DNA from: an uncultured archaeon
GTDB lineage: Archaea; Asgardarchaeota; Thorarchaeia; Thorarchaeales; Thorarchaeaceae
NCBI GenBank assembly: GCA_964590575.1
Contig: CAZPWM010000001.1
Span: forward strand, 22,217 to 86,216
DNA: 64,000 nt
Direction of reading: 5' to 3'
This document shows positions 47,202 to 58,207 of this stretch, piece by piece. Position 1 is the stretch's first letter; each line of letters opens with the position of its first letter. The position numbers and the translations under genes were made by a program. The notes beneath the pieces were generated by a model. It was not told the DNA's origin. It worked only from the letters and a program-made list of their open reading frames with translations, and did not search any database.

Positions 47202-48185
47202 TCAAAGCACCTCCGGGTTGACAATGTTTGGTGGTTTCTCATCATTGAGAGCAGCAATAATATTCTCAGCACACATCGTTGCCATTGTTGCTCTTGTGTT
47301 CCTACTGGCGCTACCTATATGCGGAACAAGAACGATATTTGGAAGTCTTAACAATGGACTATCCTTGGAGATGGGTTCTTTCTCGAACACATCAAGTCCA
47401 GCTCCTCCTAATTGCCCCGTCGATAGTGCGCGATGTAATGCATCCTGATTAACAACTTGGCCTCTTGAAGTATTGATGAGAATAGAACCTGTCTTCATCA
47501 TCCTCAACTCTTTTTCATCAATCAGGTGCTGTGTTTCAGGAGTGAGGGGTACATGTATTGTGACAATATCCGACTCTCTCAGTAATATTTCAAGACTAGC
47601 TGCTCGCGCACCCACAAGTCTTTCCAGAACAGCTATATGTCCGTTATGACTACGAGAGTGATAAAGCACTCTCATGTTGAATCCCTGTGCTCTCCTTGCA
47701 ACTGCTTGTCCAATTCTCCCCATTCCGATAATTCCTATGGTCGCACCATAAATGTCCGCTCCCAGAAGAAGCTCAGGTCCCCACGCTACATTCCAGTTTC
47801 CATTTCGAACATACCGATCAGCTTCAACAATGCGTCTGGCAGTTGCCATAATAAGAGACCATGCGAGATCCGCTGTGGTCTCTGTGAGTACTCCAGGGGT
47901 GTTAGTGACAATGATTCCTCGTCGTGTTGCTTCTTCGACGTCGATGTTATCGTACCCAACAGCATATTGAGCAATCACCTTGAGATTCGGCAGCTGATCA
48001 ATCAAGTCCGAAGCAATTGGATCTGAGAGGAGTGTGACTAGTCCTTGGCAGTTTTTCGCCTTTTCTACAATCTCCTCTCTACTAGGTGGATGTTCTGATG
48101 GCCATACGGAAACCTCGAACTTCTCTCTGAGTAGTTTCAGGCCCTCTTGAGGGATTTTTCGGGTTACAAACACTTTCTGAATCAT
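47202..48185 (-). CDS. gyaR: Glyoxylate reductase / D-2-hydroxyacid dehydrogenase
   Basis: AVGYDNID, NTPGVLTETTAD, GMGRIG, INTSRG, LDVFEKEP, PHIGSA. Confidence 0.9.
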   Translation of the reverse strand: MIQKVFVTRKIPQEGLKLLREKFEVSVWPSEHPPSREEIVEKAKNCQGLVTLLSDPIASDLIDQLPNLKVIAQYAVGYDNIDVEEATRRGIIVTNTPGVLTETTADLAWSLIMATARRIVEADRYVRNGNWNVAWGPELLLGADIYGATIGIIGMGRIGQAVARRAQGFNMRVLYHSRSHNGHIAVLERLVGARAASLEILLRESDIVTIHVPLTPETQHLIDEKELRMMKTGSILINTSRGQVVNQDALHRALSTGQLGGAGLDVFEKEPISKDSPLLRLPNIVLVPHIGSASRNTRATMATMCAENIIAALNDEKPPNIVNPEVL

Positions 48186-48311
48186 TTTGCTCGCATTTTA
48201 TTCACAAAGAGAGCTCTTGAATCCTGCTGTATGTGAGTACCTCATGGTTCATGCTGAGAACAGACGGCTTATATTTGAAAAGACAAATTATGAATATCAT
48301 AGGATTGTGAG

Positions 48312-48620
48312 TTGCAGATGTCCTTGGATCTTCCAAACAGTGCGATATTAGTCCTCGGTAGTTTAGCTGCTGAGGGGCCGATGACTCCGAAGACCATCAT
48401 CGAAAAAGTAGGACTCGCACCGCGCACGATTTCATTTGCTCTTAGAACTTTAATCAGGGAACAAGTTATCCGGAAGACACCTAACCTCGCTGATATGCGA
48501 CAGCCAATCTATCATGTTGATATGGAGCGTTACAAAGAATTACAACTTCGATTTAATTCGGGTCAACTCTCACAGATGCCCTCTACTTTCAGATCTTCTG
48601 GTCATTCTTTCAATCGTTAG
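48312..48620 (+). CDS. Small winged-helix protein, paralogue 1
   Basis: GPMTPKTI...LAPRTISFALRTL...PNLADMRQPIY. Confidence 0.8.
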   Translation: MQMSLDLPNSAILVLGSLAAEGPMTPKTIIEKVGLAPRTISFALRTLIREQVIRKTPNLADMRQPIYHVDMERYKELQLRFNSGQLSQMPSTFRSSGHSFNR

Positions 48621-48765
48621 TACAAATCCCCTCTATTGGCCTTTCAAAATTGGGTAGATACGCTTATTTGTGGAAGACTGCTATAAACCGTTGGTTTATT
48701 AATTCTAATGTGTTTTAGTAAATGGGAACAGAAAGACCAAACTCTCAGGGGATGGTATAGACCGT

Positions 48766-49032
48766 ATGTCTATCGAACTACCACGTAGTGCAATAATCGT
48801 CTTAGACCGTCTAACCAATGAAGGTCCATTGACGCCAAAGGACATTAGCAGTAGGGTTGATCTTGCACCTCGAACCGTGAGTTTTGCTCTAAGAAAATTA
48901 ATGGGTCAGAAACTATGTAGGAGGATTCCCAACCTCACTGATATGCGACAACCCTTATACGTGGCTGACATGGATCGTGCAAGGGAACTTAGGATGAGGT
49001 TTGAACATGTCTTTAGGCAAGTTCTTGTGTGA
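48766..49032 (+). CDS. Small winged-helix protein, paralogue 2
   Basis: GPLTPKDI...LAPRTVSFALRKL...PNLTDMRQPLY. Confidence 0.85.
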   Translation: MSIELPRSAIIVLDRLTNEGPLTPKDISSRVDLAPRTVSFALRKLMGQKLCRRIPNLTDMRQPLYVADMDRARELRMRFEHVFRQVLV

Positions 49033-49167
49033 GTACCTTTTACTCTCCGCATATCCTTCCTTCACAACAGGCATTATCCTATAAATTACAATCTTCAGGA
49101 TTTTCTAGAGATACAATACGATTACGTTAATAACCGTACTTGGTTTCGCAGATTCAGGTGAATACAT

Positions 49168-49353
49168 ATGGCTCACGAAGGACTAGCAGCGTTCATGGTC
49201 ATGCTTGGGGTGCTCCTTCTCCTTGCGTTTTATCTCGGACCGCGGAATGAAGCACGATTGAGAAAACGACAAGAAGCCATGATCATGCTTGTTCCATCTG
49301 CATTTTTACTCTTCATTCTTGCAGCAGTTGTATTCAGTGGAATTTTAGGTTGA
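49168..49353 (+). CDS. Small 2-TM membrane protein
   Basis: Two hydrophobic helices around a basic loop; AGGTGA RBS. Confidence 0.7.
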   Translation: MAHEGLAAFMVMLGVLLLLAFYLGPRNEARLRKRQEAMIMLVPSAFLLFILAAVVFSGILG

Positions 49354-50364
49354 ATCTTGTGGAAAGTCAAGTGCCACAAGTTTACAAAAAATTCCTGCAG
49401 ACACAAGGTCAGCTGTAGTTCCTGGATTTAGGAGATTACCCTCTCTCCGTAATTCTCCATCAAGAGTTTTCATGAGCTCTAGAGGTCCCGTTTCTTGATT
49501 CCACGCCTTCATTGTTTTCTCAGCTAACGCACGGACTTCTTCTGCTCTCTTTGTTCCAGCTTTCTTTGCGATGAGACCATCGGGTCGTTGTGATAGTAGC
49601 CAGACAAATGTTTGAACAATCCCCTCCTCCAAGTTCTCAAGGCTATCTGCTACTTTATCGAGATATGGAAAGACCCGCGATAGTGTTAGTTCGAAGTTGT
49701 TTGCCCACTCACCACTAATTTCATCAACATCTGCTGACATTTTAAAAAGACCCTGCAGAGTTAGTTTATCATCAAGAATATTGGATAATACAAGTTGATT
49801 GTCAATATCATATCTACTGTGATTTTCTGTCCAACTTGCTGATTCCTCGACTTTCGGATTTGTTGTTCTGATAAGATGAAATGTTTTGTAGAGGTTCAAA
49901 GTGTCGTCAACTGAAGTATTCTCAGTAATTTCCTTCAACCATTTCAAAATACTCCCTGTTGAGTAACTCTCATCATGAGTTACTGCTGCAGCACTGGCTA
50001 CGACAAGTGGAATATAGAGGAGGATGGTCCCAAGAATGGTATTTCGTTTGTTGATCCCTGTAAATGTGTCTTGGGCACTCAGATGGATCAGCTCTCCGAT
50101 ATTGATCTCAGAGGAGCTCAGTTTTCCCTCTGCTAATGCCACTCCCCTAGACGCACTCGTGTAAAGACCTCTTGCCATTAATGAAGCACTCGCAAGGAAA
50201 TGTCTATAGTCCGTATCTGAGAATCCAAAGTGTCTGTTGACATTTCCTGGCTTTGGCGAGCTAGCTTCCAGAAGAATTGATAGCTGACCAATGCTGGATA
50301 GTCTCCAAGAAGTCCTTTTCATTAGGTTTTTTCGGGTGTCAGCATCCGTTTTAGACATTCGCAT
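49345..50364 (-). CDS. CitG-family triphosphoribosyl-dephospho-CoA synthase homologue
   Basis: LLEASSPKPGNV, NTILG, PDGLIAKKAG, NPGTTADL; start adjusted to MRMSK. Confidence 0.88.
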   Translation of the reverse strand: MRMSKTDADTRKNLMKRTSWRLSSIGQLSILLEASSPKPGNVNRHFGFSDTDYRHFLASASLMARGLYTSASRGVALAEGKLSSSEINIGELIHLSAQDTFTGINKRNTILGTILLYIPLVVASAAAVTHDESYSTGSILKWLKEITENTSVDDTLNLYKTFHLIRTTNPKVEESASWTENHSRYDIDNQLVLSNILDDKLTLQGLFKMSADVDEISGEWANNFELTLSRVFPYLDKVADSLENLEEGIVQTFVWLLSQRPDGLIAKKAGTKRAEEVRALAEKTMKAWNQETGPLELMKTLDGELRREGNLLNPGTTADLVSAGIFCKLVALDFPQDST

Positions 50365-50411
50365 TGTTAAGCTCAGAAAGTGTAAAAAGGAATACAATCT
50401 GAATCTCGCAC

Positions 50412-50756
50412 ATGTCGAAGGTGTTTTTACCAGCGCGCTTGACTTTCTCTCAAGTTGGAATTTTTATTTCGATTCTATCATATCTTGTAGTTCGAGGCTT
50501 TTTTGTTATCTTGAGGATTGGAGGGGTACTATGGAGTCAAGCAGGTGGATACCTTGCAATTGCGTTGCCACTCAGTCCTGTCATTATTTTGGGTTTCGCT
50601 GCATGTGTCATATCCTATGCTTTTTCCTATCTCGGTTTGTGGATGATGGACAATAACCTATACATACTAGGAGCACTCACTATTTTCCTGTCTGTAATAG
50701 TTATACCCGGAGGTCTCGGTGTTTATTCCTGGTTTGGTTTCACGATAGCTTCCTAA
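50412..50756 (+). CDS. Hypothetical membrane protein
   Basis: Highly hydrophobic 114-aa ORF that fills the gap. Confidence 0.6.
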   Translation: MSKVFLPARLTFSQVGIFISILSYLVVRGFFVILRIGGVLWSQAGGYLAIALPLSPVIILGFAACVISYAFSYLGLWMMDNNLYILGALTIFLSVIVIPGGLGVYSWFGFTIAS

Positions 50757-51508
50757 TTTCCAACTATCTTTGGAATAATTTCTGTAGCTCGTCCCTTTAG
50801 GACAATGTCTGCAACTGAATCTCGATTCACTCCCTCTAGGTTGATAAGTATGATTTTTGCGCCTGAATTCTTAGCAATCTGCGGCAAGAATGCCGCGGGA
50901 TAAATAGTGAGACTTGTTCCAATGACTAACATCAAGTCAGTGTTACGACACAATTCTATGGCTTCTGCCATTGCGTTTTCAGGAAGGGGTTCACCAAACA
51001 GAATTGCTTCTGATTTTAAAACACCATTACATTCCTCACATCGCGGCGGTATTTCGCCATTTGCTACCCTCTGGTGAACTGTATCGCCTACATACTCCTG
51101 ATTACATTCAATGCAATGTGCTCGCAAATAGTTCCCATGTAGTTCAACAACTCTATTACTTCCAGCAGCTTGATGTAAATTATCGATATTCTGAGTGATG
51201 ATTCCAATGAGTTTCCCATCAGCTTCAAGCTTTGAAAGACCATAATGAGCACTATTTGGTTCAGCTTTGAGAATGGTTTCTGCAAGTTCACGACCCATTG
51301 TCCAGAACTTCGTTGGGTTTTTTAGGAAGCTCTCAATGGTGGCGTACTCATGAGGGTCATACCGTTCCCATACACCTCCCTCTGAACGGAAATCAGGAAT
51401 CCCCGAGTCTACACTAATTCCAGCACCAGTCAGTGCAGTGATTTTTCTGCTCTTCTGGACAAGAGCCCTCACACGTTCAATAGCATCAGAGTCTGGCATG
51501 TTATGCAA
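50753..51508 (-). CDS. cobB: Sir2/CobB NAD-dependent deacylase
   Basis: GAGISVDSGIPDFRS, TQNIDNLH, ELHG, two CxxC, GTSL. Confidence 0.95.
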   Translation of the reverse strand: MHNMPDSDAIERVRALVQKSRKITALTGAGISVDSGIPDFRSEGGVWERYDPHEYATIESFLKNPTKFWTMGRELAETILKAEPNSAHYGLSKLEADGKLIGIITQNIDNLHQAAGSNRVVELHGNYLRAHCIECNQEYVGDTVHQRVANGEIPPRCEECNGVLKSEAILFGEPLPENAMAEAIELCRNTDLMLVIGTSLTIYPAAFLPQIAKNSGAKIILINLEGVNRDSVADIVLKGRATEIIPKIVGN

Positions 51509-51704
51509 ACTCGATAGTTCCCCCTTGATGTTGTTTTCGGTTTCCCCAAAAACTGACCAAGTCGAAAGGTTTTTCTTTGTTCGGTGATGGATTCCCCAGA
51601 GTCACCGAGGGGATCTGAACAAACAATACAGACCCTTAATTACGACCCCTTTCTGTATGGTTAGTCAGTCAGTGAAAACTACGATTAGGCAGTGTGACTG
51701 TTGA

Positions 51705-52322
51705 ATGCATGAAGATAACGAGAAGGGTGATGAATTCGAAGTAGATCTCTCAGAGGAAGATATCGATGAGGATGATGTCGTTGAGATTTCTCCTGAGGAC
51801 CCAATCAAATCTCAACTTGACAAAGAGTGCGAGAAATCAAAAGACCTTCTTGATAGACTTCAGAGACTACAAGCTGAGTTCGACAACTATCGAAAACGCA
51901 TGGATGCCCGTTTTTCAGAGGTCGCTAAATTCGCAAGTGAAGAGATACTTCTGAAGGTACTGGATGTCTACGATAATATCCTAAGAGCACTTGAAATGGA
52001 CTTTGCTGAAGACCCCGTAGCTGCAAGAAATGGCATCAATGCAATACAATTGCAACTCGACAAGATACTATCCGTTGAAGGGGTTCGTCCCATTGAATCA
52101 GTTGGACAAGTGTTTGATCCTTATTATCAGCATGCAGCACAGAGAGTGCATAACCTAGAGAAACCAGATGGTATCATTATGCAGGAGTATCAAAGAGGAT
52201 ACATGCTCAAAGAGAAAGTCTTGAGGCCCGCAGTAGTCTGCGTGAATCGTCACGAGACGCCCACTGCCGAAACAAGTAATGAAGCGACCAATGTAGAAGA
52301 ATTAGAAAATAATGGTGAATAG
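51705..52322 (+). CDS. grpE: Nucleotide exchange factor GrpE
   Basis: [24 protein letters not shown]. Confidence 0.95.
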   Translation: MHEDNEKGDEFEVDLSEEDIDEDDVVEISPEDPIKSQLDKECEKSKDLLDRLQRLQAEFDNYRKRMDARFSEVAKFASEEILLKVLDVYDNILRALEMDFAEDPVAARNGINAIQLQLDKILSVEGVRPIESVGQVFDPYYQHAAQRVHNLEKPDGIIMQEYQRGYMLKEKVLRPAVVCVNRHETPTAETSNEATNVEELENNGE

Positions 52323-52324
52323 CA

Positions 52325-54214
52325 ATGTCAGGTAAAATTGTAGGTATTGACCTAGGCACAACAAATAGCGGCATAGCCTATATGGAGGGTGGAAAACCAA
52401 CCATAATACCAAATGCTGAAGGAAAACGACTGACTCCATCAGTTGTGGGTATAACTCCCAAGGGAGAAATCATTGTTGGTGAATTGGCCAAACGACAGGC
52501 TGTTTCAATGCCGGAACGTACTGTCCGATCCATCAAGCGAAAGATGGGACAAGATTACAAGGTGAAGATTGGCGATAAGGATTATACCCCTCAAGAAATC
52601 TCTGCTATGATTCTGACCAAAATGAAGAGAGATGCAGAAGCTTTTCTTGGAGAATCAATTGAAAAAGCAGTCATCACCGTGCCTGCATACTTCAATGATA
52701 GCCAGAGACAAGCTACGAGGGATGCGGGTAGAATAGCAGGATTCGATGTTGAGCGAATTGTAAACGAACCCACTGCTTCTGCACTAGCATACGGTCTTGA
52801 CAAGAGCAAGGAAGTCAAGGTCTTGGTATACGACCTTGGTGGTGGAACCTTTGATGTGTCTATCTTAGATATTGGAACCGTCGATGGTGATACTGTTTAC
52901 GAAGTCTTATCCACAAGTGGCAACACACAGCTTGGAGGCGATGATTGGGATAATCGAATTATCGATTGGATGGTTAAGGAGTTCAAGAACCAAACTGGTG
53001 TTGATCTATCAAACGATCTTTCTGCCATGCAGAGGGTCCGTGACGCTGCAGAACAAGCAAAGATAGAACTGACAACTGTTATGCAGACAAACATCAATCT
53101 TCCATACATTACTGCAGATGCAAGCGGTCCTAAACATCTCAATTTGGATCTTGCACGTTCCAAATTTGAAAAGATGACCGACGACCTTGTTGATTCCACT
53201 GTTGGTCCCATTAGACAAGCGCTTGGTGACGCTAAACTTGAACCTGAACAAATTAACAAGATTCTGCTTGTTGGTGGTGCAACCAGAATGCCAATGATTC
53301 AGACTATTATTCGCGACTTGTTTGGCAAAGAAGGTGACAAGAGTATTAACCCGGATGAATGTGTAGCTCTTGGTGCTGCAGCACAAGCTGGAGTCATGTC
53401 TGGAGAGGTAAAGGATATACTTCTATTGGATGTGACACCCCTTACTCTAAGCATCGAAACTCTCGGCGGAGTTGCAACCGCACTCATTGAACGTAACACT
53501 ACTGTTCCGACTCGAAAGAGCAAGACATTCACGACTGCTGCAGATGGTCAGACCGCAGTAGACATTCATGTAGTTCAAGGTGAGCGGAAGATGGTGAAGG
53601 ATAACATGACCCTGGGGAGATTCCAACTTGTGGGTATCCCACCTGCTCCTCGCAATACTCCTCAGATTGAGGTGACCTTTGATATTGATGCAAACGGAAT
53701 TGTCAATGTTAAAGCCAGAGATACTGCCACAGGAAATGAGCAGTCCATCACAATAACTGCTACTACTAATCTCTCTGACGGCGATGTTGAACGAATGGTC
53801 AAGGATGCTGAGAAATATGCTGAGGAAGATGCCAAGCGCGAGGATCAAGTTCAGACAAGAAACAATGCTGACCAGATGATTTACCAAGGCCAGAAGCTAC
53901 TCAAAGACTTAGGAGAGAAGGTCCCCGCAGATCTCAAGAAGGAGCTTGAAACAAAATCCGCTGAAGTGCAGAAAGCAATAGAATCTGATGACATGGAGAA
54001 AATGCAATCTGGTACAGAGGAACTTCAACAGATAATCTACAAGATATCCGAGAAGGTCTATGGTAGTGGAGGCTCTGGAGCCGCTGGCCCCGGCCCTGCT
54101 GGATTCGATCCGAGTACAATGGCTGGCGCTGGAACAACAGGTCCAGCATCTGGACAGACATCTCAGGAAACCGACGAAGATGTTGTAGATGTAGACTTCG
54201 AGGACCTCGAGTAA
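52325..54214 (+). CDS. dnaK: Hsp70 chaperone DnaK
   Basis: [25 protein letters not shown]. Confidence 0.98.
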   Translation: MSGKIVGIDLGTTNSGIAYMEGGKPTIIPNAEGKRLTPSVVGITPKGEIIVGELAKRQAVSMPERTVRSIKRKMGQDYKVKIGDKDYTPQEISAMILTKMKRDAEAFLGESIEKAVITVPAYFNDSQRQATRDAGRIAGFDVERIVNEPTASALAYGLDKSKEVKVLVYDLGGGTFDVSILDIGTVDGDTVYEVLSTSGNTQLGGDDWDNRIIDWMVKEFKNQTGVDLSNDLSAMQRVRDAAEQAKIELTTVMQTNINLPYITADASGPKHLNLDLARSKFEKMTDDLVDSTVGPIRQALGDAKLEPEQINKILLVGGATRMPMIQTIIRDLFGKEGDKSINPDECVALGAAAQAGVMSGEVKDILLLDVTPLTLSIETLGGVATALIERNTTVPTRKSKTFTTAADGQTAVDIHVVQGERKMVKDNMTLGRFQLVGIPPAPRNTPQIEVTFDIDANGIVNVKARDTATGNEQSITITATTNLSDGDVERMVKDAEKYAEEDAKREDQVQTRNNADQMIYQGQKLLKDLGEKVPADLKKELETKSAEVQKAIESDDMEKMQSGTEELQQIIYKISEKVYGSGGSGAAGPGPAGFDPSTMAGAGTTGPASGQTSQETDEDVVDVDFEDLE

Positions 54215-54237
54215 GTCTAAACCATAGGTGATACTCA

Positions 54238-55269
54238 TTGGCAGAAGATGACTACTATGACATTCTAGGAGTTAGCCGTAGTGCAACCCCGGATGAGATA
54301 AAGAAAGCATATCGTCGACTAGCCAGAGAGTATCATCCAGATCGTAATCAAGATTCGAGTGCAGAAGAGAAACTCAAGCGAGTAAACGAGGCTTATGATG
54401 TTCTAAGCGATCCTGAAAAACGTACAAACTATGATCGTTACGGCACTGCTGATTCCCAAGGTATCAATATGGATGGATTTGGCGATATCTTCGGTTCTAT
54501 ATTTCGGGGATTTGGTGACATGGGATTTGGTAGGAAAGGCAGAGCTGGACCTCCTCCAGGCCAGACATTGCGAATGACAATCAAGTTAAGTTTCAAAGAA
54601 GCGTTCTTTGGTGCTGAAAAGGAGATTGCATTTGGGAGGAAGATAAAATGTAAGAACTGTGGGGGGAGCGGAGCAAAACCCGGATCATCACCCACACAAT
54701 GTAGAACTTGTGGGGGACAAGGCCAAGTTGTGAGATCGATGGGAGGGTTCATGAGTGTTGCACAAACTTGTCCAACATGCCGTGGTCTTGGAGAATCAAT
54801 CGATTCGCCTTGTCCTGAGTGTAAAGGCCAAGGTTTGCAGAATGAACGGAAAGTAACTACTGTACCTATTCCTCCTGGCATTGAGGATGGACAAGGAATT
54901 CGAATCCAAGGTGGAGGCAATTTTGGTTCTAGAGGTGGACCTCCCGGCGACTTGATACTAATGTTCTCGGTAGAACCCCATAATTCCTTTGTAAGGAGAG
55001 GGCTCCATGTATATATGGAAACTGACATTCCCTTCTCAATTGCTGTAATTGGCGGCGAAGTTGAAGTGCCGACTATGTGGGGGGCTAGTAAAATAAAGGT
55101 GAAACGTGGTACTGAGGGTGGAACCCTATTCCGGATGAAGGGGAAAGGAGTCCATACCGAGGATGGTCGGAGCGGAGATCAACTTGTAAGAGTTAATATT
55201 CACGTACCTCAGAAATTAAACAAGGACCAGAAGGAATACCTCTCTAAGTTCGATGATATTTTTAGCTAA
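54238..55269 (+). CDS. dnaJ: Chaperone DnaJ
   Basis: J-domain HPD, G/F region, four CxxCxGxG repeats. Confidence 0.97.
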   Translation: MAEDDYYDILGVSRSATPDEIKKAYRRLAREYHPDRNQDSSAEEKLKRVNEAYDVLSDPEKRTNYDRYGTADSQGINMDGFGDIFGSIFRGFGDMGFGRKGRAGPPPGQTLRMTIKLSFKEAFFGAEKEIAFGRKIKCKNCGGSGAKPGSSPTQCRTCGGQGQVVRSMGGFMSVAQTCPTCRGLGESIDSPCPECKGQGLQNERKVTTVPIPPGIEDGQGIRIQGGGNFGSRGGPPGDLILMFSVEPHNSFVRRGLHVYMETDIPFSIAVIGGEVEVPTMWGASKIKVKRGTEGGTLFRMKGKGVHTEDGRSGDQLVRVNIHVPQKLNKDQKEYLSKFDDIFS

Positions 55270-55838
55270 AACTCCATTGGCTTGCATAAACAAGCCCTCA
55301 TCTTCATTTTTAGGAACCTCTGTGAATTAACAGGTTTAATCAACCAAGCAGTATCTGCTCCCCTTCCAGTTCCACCAACACACACTACATCTTGTGTGAC
55401 AGGGATTAAACCGGCATCAGCAGCCATCATTGCAATCTCAGCACAGACCTTTGTCCCTTGACCGAATGTTCTAAGTGCCATGGCAACAATCTCAGTTGCC
55501 GTCCAAGTACCCAACTCCTTCCTGAAACTACGTGCAATACCTGCAAATGCATGAGTTGCAGTTAATACTTTAGCTCCCAGCTTCTCAATCTGAACCCTAG
55601 TTTCCTCACTGAGCTCATTCTCACTCTCATCTGCAAATCCTGTTTCATGTGATACCACAACAACCTTCTTGTCTGGGAACTCTTTTGCTGCTGCAATCCC
55701 AGTTGCTCCCTTAGTTGTTGCAACAACAATATGTTCAATGTGAGGCCTTTCGTTGAGAAACTCCCTAACCAGCGACAGGACTATATCCGTATGATTTTGG
55801 GCGGCTTTATCAAAATAAACTGTTTTTATTGACATCAA
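55266..55838 (-). CDS. Pyruvate kinase alpha/beta-domain-like protein (MTH1675 type)
   Basis: [42 protein letters not shown]. Confidence 0.85.
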   Translation of the reverse strand: MMSIKTVYFDKAAQNHTDIVLSLVREFLNERPHIEHIVVATTKGATGIAAAKEFPDKKVVVVSHETGFADESENELSEETRVQIEKLGAKVLTATHAFAGIARSFRKELGTWTATEIVAMALRTFGQGTKVCAEIAMMAADAGLIPVTQDVVCVGGTGRGADTAWLIKPVNSQRFLKMKMRACLCKPMEF

Positions 55839-56285
55839 TTACGCATCCTTTGTTTGTTGAGTTCTGATTACCCATTCAAGGACTGCAAAAGCTAGCAGCA
55901 CGACTACGGCGAACATGAAATCGACAGATCCCTCAGTAACGACAGAAGCTATCCAAGACGCTAACACAACAACCAAGATAGCAAGCGTCAAGCGCATTGT
56001 GTAATAGGTCCATCTGTCAACAGTATTTTGTTCTTCCTCTGTTTCAACCTGTTCCTTACCGTACTCTTCAGCGATTTCCTCCGGAGTTCCTAGTACATCA
56101 AGCACCTCTCTAATGAGAAGCAATTTATCATCGTCAGGATTCTTCTGGACTTTTTCGTTGTAAGACTCATAGATGTGAGATTTTAGATCTTCTAGTAGAT
56201 CCTCTGTCTCAAAACTATCAGGTAGTAATTTTGCAATCTTCTTGAAATAGTTCTCTACTACCCGACCAATCTCATCTCTACTCAT
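55839..56285 (-). CDS. HAAS-domain membrane protein (PadR partner)
   Basis: DLKSHI...LGTPEEIAEEY followed by two TM helices. Confidence 0.8.
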   Translation of the reverse strand: MSRDEIGRVVENYFKKIAKLLPDSFETEDLLEDLKSHIYESYNEKVQKNPDDDKLLLIREVLDVLGTPEEIAEEYGKEQVETEEEQNTVDRWTYYTMRLTLAILVVVLASWIASVVTEGSVDFMFAVVVLLAFAVLEWVIRTQQTKDA

Positions 56286-56635
56286 TTTTTCAGAACCTCC
56301 AGTTTATCAAAGATATCCCCGACTAGAATACTCAATTGGCGAAACACACGGTCTCCTTCACCAGTCAAAACGTAGACCTTCCTACTGGGTCCGGACTCTG
56401 ATTTTTCTGTGTGAACATTCAGTAAGCGTTCCTTACGAAGCCTATGAAGTATTGGGTAAAGCGTACCTTCCTTCACCTGGAGAAGACCATCAGTTCTTTC
56501 CTCAAGTTCGCGAGCAATACCATACCCATGAATTCCCTTCTCATGACGATTTACAATGGCAAGGACTGCATATTGAAGAATCCCTCTTCTGATTTCTATC
56601 TTCCAACTATCTTCAAAGCTGGGTCCTTTCTCCAA
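56282..56635 (-). CDS. PadR family transcription regulator
   Basis: RRGIL, HGYGI, EGTLYPILHRL, RKVYVLT. Confidence 0.93.
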   Translation of the reverse strand: MEKGPSFEDSWKIEIRRGILQYAVLAIVNRHEKGIHGYGIARELEERTDGLLQVKEGTLYPILHRLRKERLLNVHTEKSESGPSRKVYVLTGEGDRVFRQLSILVGDIFDKLEVLKK

Positions 56636-56701
56636 ACTGACACAATCCTCTCTACTGACCGGTGAAGAGCATTCTATTACATCTCCTTAAGTATGTCTAT
56701 C

Positions 56702-58087
56702 CTAGACGAGATCTGAATCATGACGCCTTCCAGGCAAATAAGTCCGGAGTTCATGCCTTAATGTAGAGGAGTATTGCTTAGGTTCTCGAATCAGGGTATA
56801 GAAGAATGAAGCAAAGAATCTGAGTACTCCGCTTAGCATTAGCATAACAAAGACCGAGAAATAAGCATCTCCAAATACTTCGAGAAGAATCTGTCCAAGG
56901 ATTCCTGCAATCAATGAACCCACCAGATACATTACCCCTGTAAATGTATTAAACACAGCAAGATGTGACCCTCTTTCATCTTCCGGTGCAATATCGTAGA
57001 TGTAAGCAATAACTGCATTCATCGCTGATGCTGTGCAAAAGCCAGCGAGTATGTTTGCAGTATAAACATAGTAGACATTCTGAGCAAAAGCATACATGAT
57101 TGGAACCAAAAATAAAAGCCCTCTTCCTAGGAGAATCAGGGGTTTTCTACCGACTCTGTCGCTGAGTCTTCCGAATGGTATAGTGAATATGATCATGGAT
57201 AATGTCATTACAGCGGATGCAATTGCGATTTCAAGATTTGAATTGTTCAACCATGATTTCTGCACGACAATGAAATATGGCCATGCCATTGACATTGCAA
57301 ATGAGAAGAACACTGCGATGAAACAGAATCTTCGAAAATCACCTGGTTGAGATAACAATCGATGGATTGGCGGGAATTTCCCCGGACCATCCCGAGGTTT
57401 TGGATGTTCTTTGATTTTTATTGATAGGAGTGATGAGATGATTCCTACAATGGCTGTGAAGAAGAATGGTCCATAATAGGCTTCTCTGAAAGTTTGTTCA
57501 TCCATTTGAATGGGGAAAAGCACTGCTCCTGCATCTCCAAATAGATTCCGAAGAAATGGCACGAGCGTTGGCAATATAGCAATGAATCCTGAAATCAGAG
57601 TTGCGGACAGAGACGCAATGTTTGTTGCGAGTCCAAGCTTTCCAAGTTCATCGCCTCTATTCGTTTCTTCCATCAACCCTCCAACTAGAGATTGCCATGT
57701 TGGAATTTGTATACTGAACAGGATTGATTGAATTGCATAGAGTATGATCATCTCGAGAGGTGAAGATACCCACAGGAACATGTACACAACTAAGAGCCCA
57801 GTCATTGTACCAAAAGCAACGAAAGCTTTTGTATTCCTGACTTTGTCTGAAGTTGCTCCCCATGCTGGTTGGAGAATGGTCGGTGCAAAACTCCCAACAC
57901 TTCGGAATGCTCCTTGCTCAGCAAAGTTTTGAACTCCACGGAGGGCAACTTGCATATCAATTAGATATGCTTGAAGGAATGGCGAATACAGACCTACTCC
58001 AAACTGAGTTAGTGCTCCTACAAGGTAAGCACGTGCTGGTAGTTTTTTAAGTTCAGCTCTTTCAGTTGGAGCCTCTGTTTCTATCAT
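56702..58087 (-). CDS. MFS transporter
   Basis: Multiple TM helices; motif A GRLSDRVGRK. Confidence 0.9.
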   Translation of the reverse strand: MIETEAPTERAELKKLPARAYLVGALTQFGVGLYSPFLQAYLIDMQVALRGVQNFAEQGAFRSVGSFAPTILQPAWGATSDKVRNTKAFVAFGTMTGLLVVYMFLWVSSPLEMIILYAIQSILFSIQIPTWQSLVGGLMEETNRGDELGKLGLATNIASLSATLISGFIAILPTLVPFLRNLFGDAGAVLFPIQMDEQTFREAYYGPFFFTAIVGIISSLLSIKIKEHPKPRDGPGKFPPIHRLLSQPGDFRRFCFIAVFFSFAMSMAWPYFIVVQKSWLNNSNLEIAIASAVMTLSMIIFTIPFGRLSDRVGRKPLILLGRGLLFLVPIMYAFAQNVYYVYTANILAGFCTASAMNAVIAYIYDIAPEDERGSHLAVFNTFTGVMYLVGSLIAGILGQILLEVFGDAYFSVFVMLMLSGVLRFFASFFYTLIREPKQYSSTLRHELRTYLPGRRHDSDLV

Positions 58088-58207
58088 TCTTGATTCTCGA
58101 GGCTTTTCGTCCTCCTATTAACTGTAGTTCTTACACCACTCAATGACTTAACCGTCACTGTTATCTAGACCCGTTCATATGTTCTCTCAAGTTGAGAGAG
58201 GTAACCA

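Noticed and set aside
47202-48185. serA partner for serC
   Set aside because: No ACT domain, motifs fit GyaR, and it lies over 20 kb from serC
51590-51700. CIRCE or heat-shock operator upstream of grpE
   Set aside because: No TTAGCACTC-N9-GAGTGCTAA; only a weak TTAG(T/G)CAGT direct repeat and a short hairpin; no hrcA in the window
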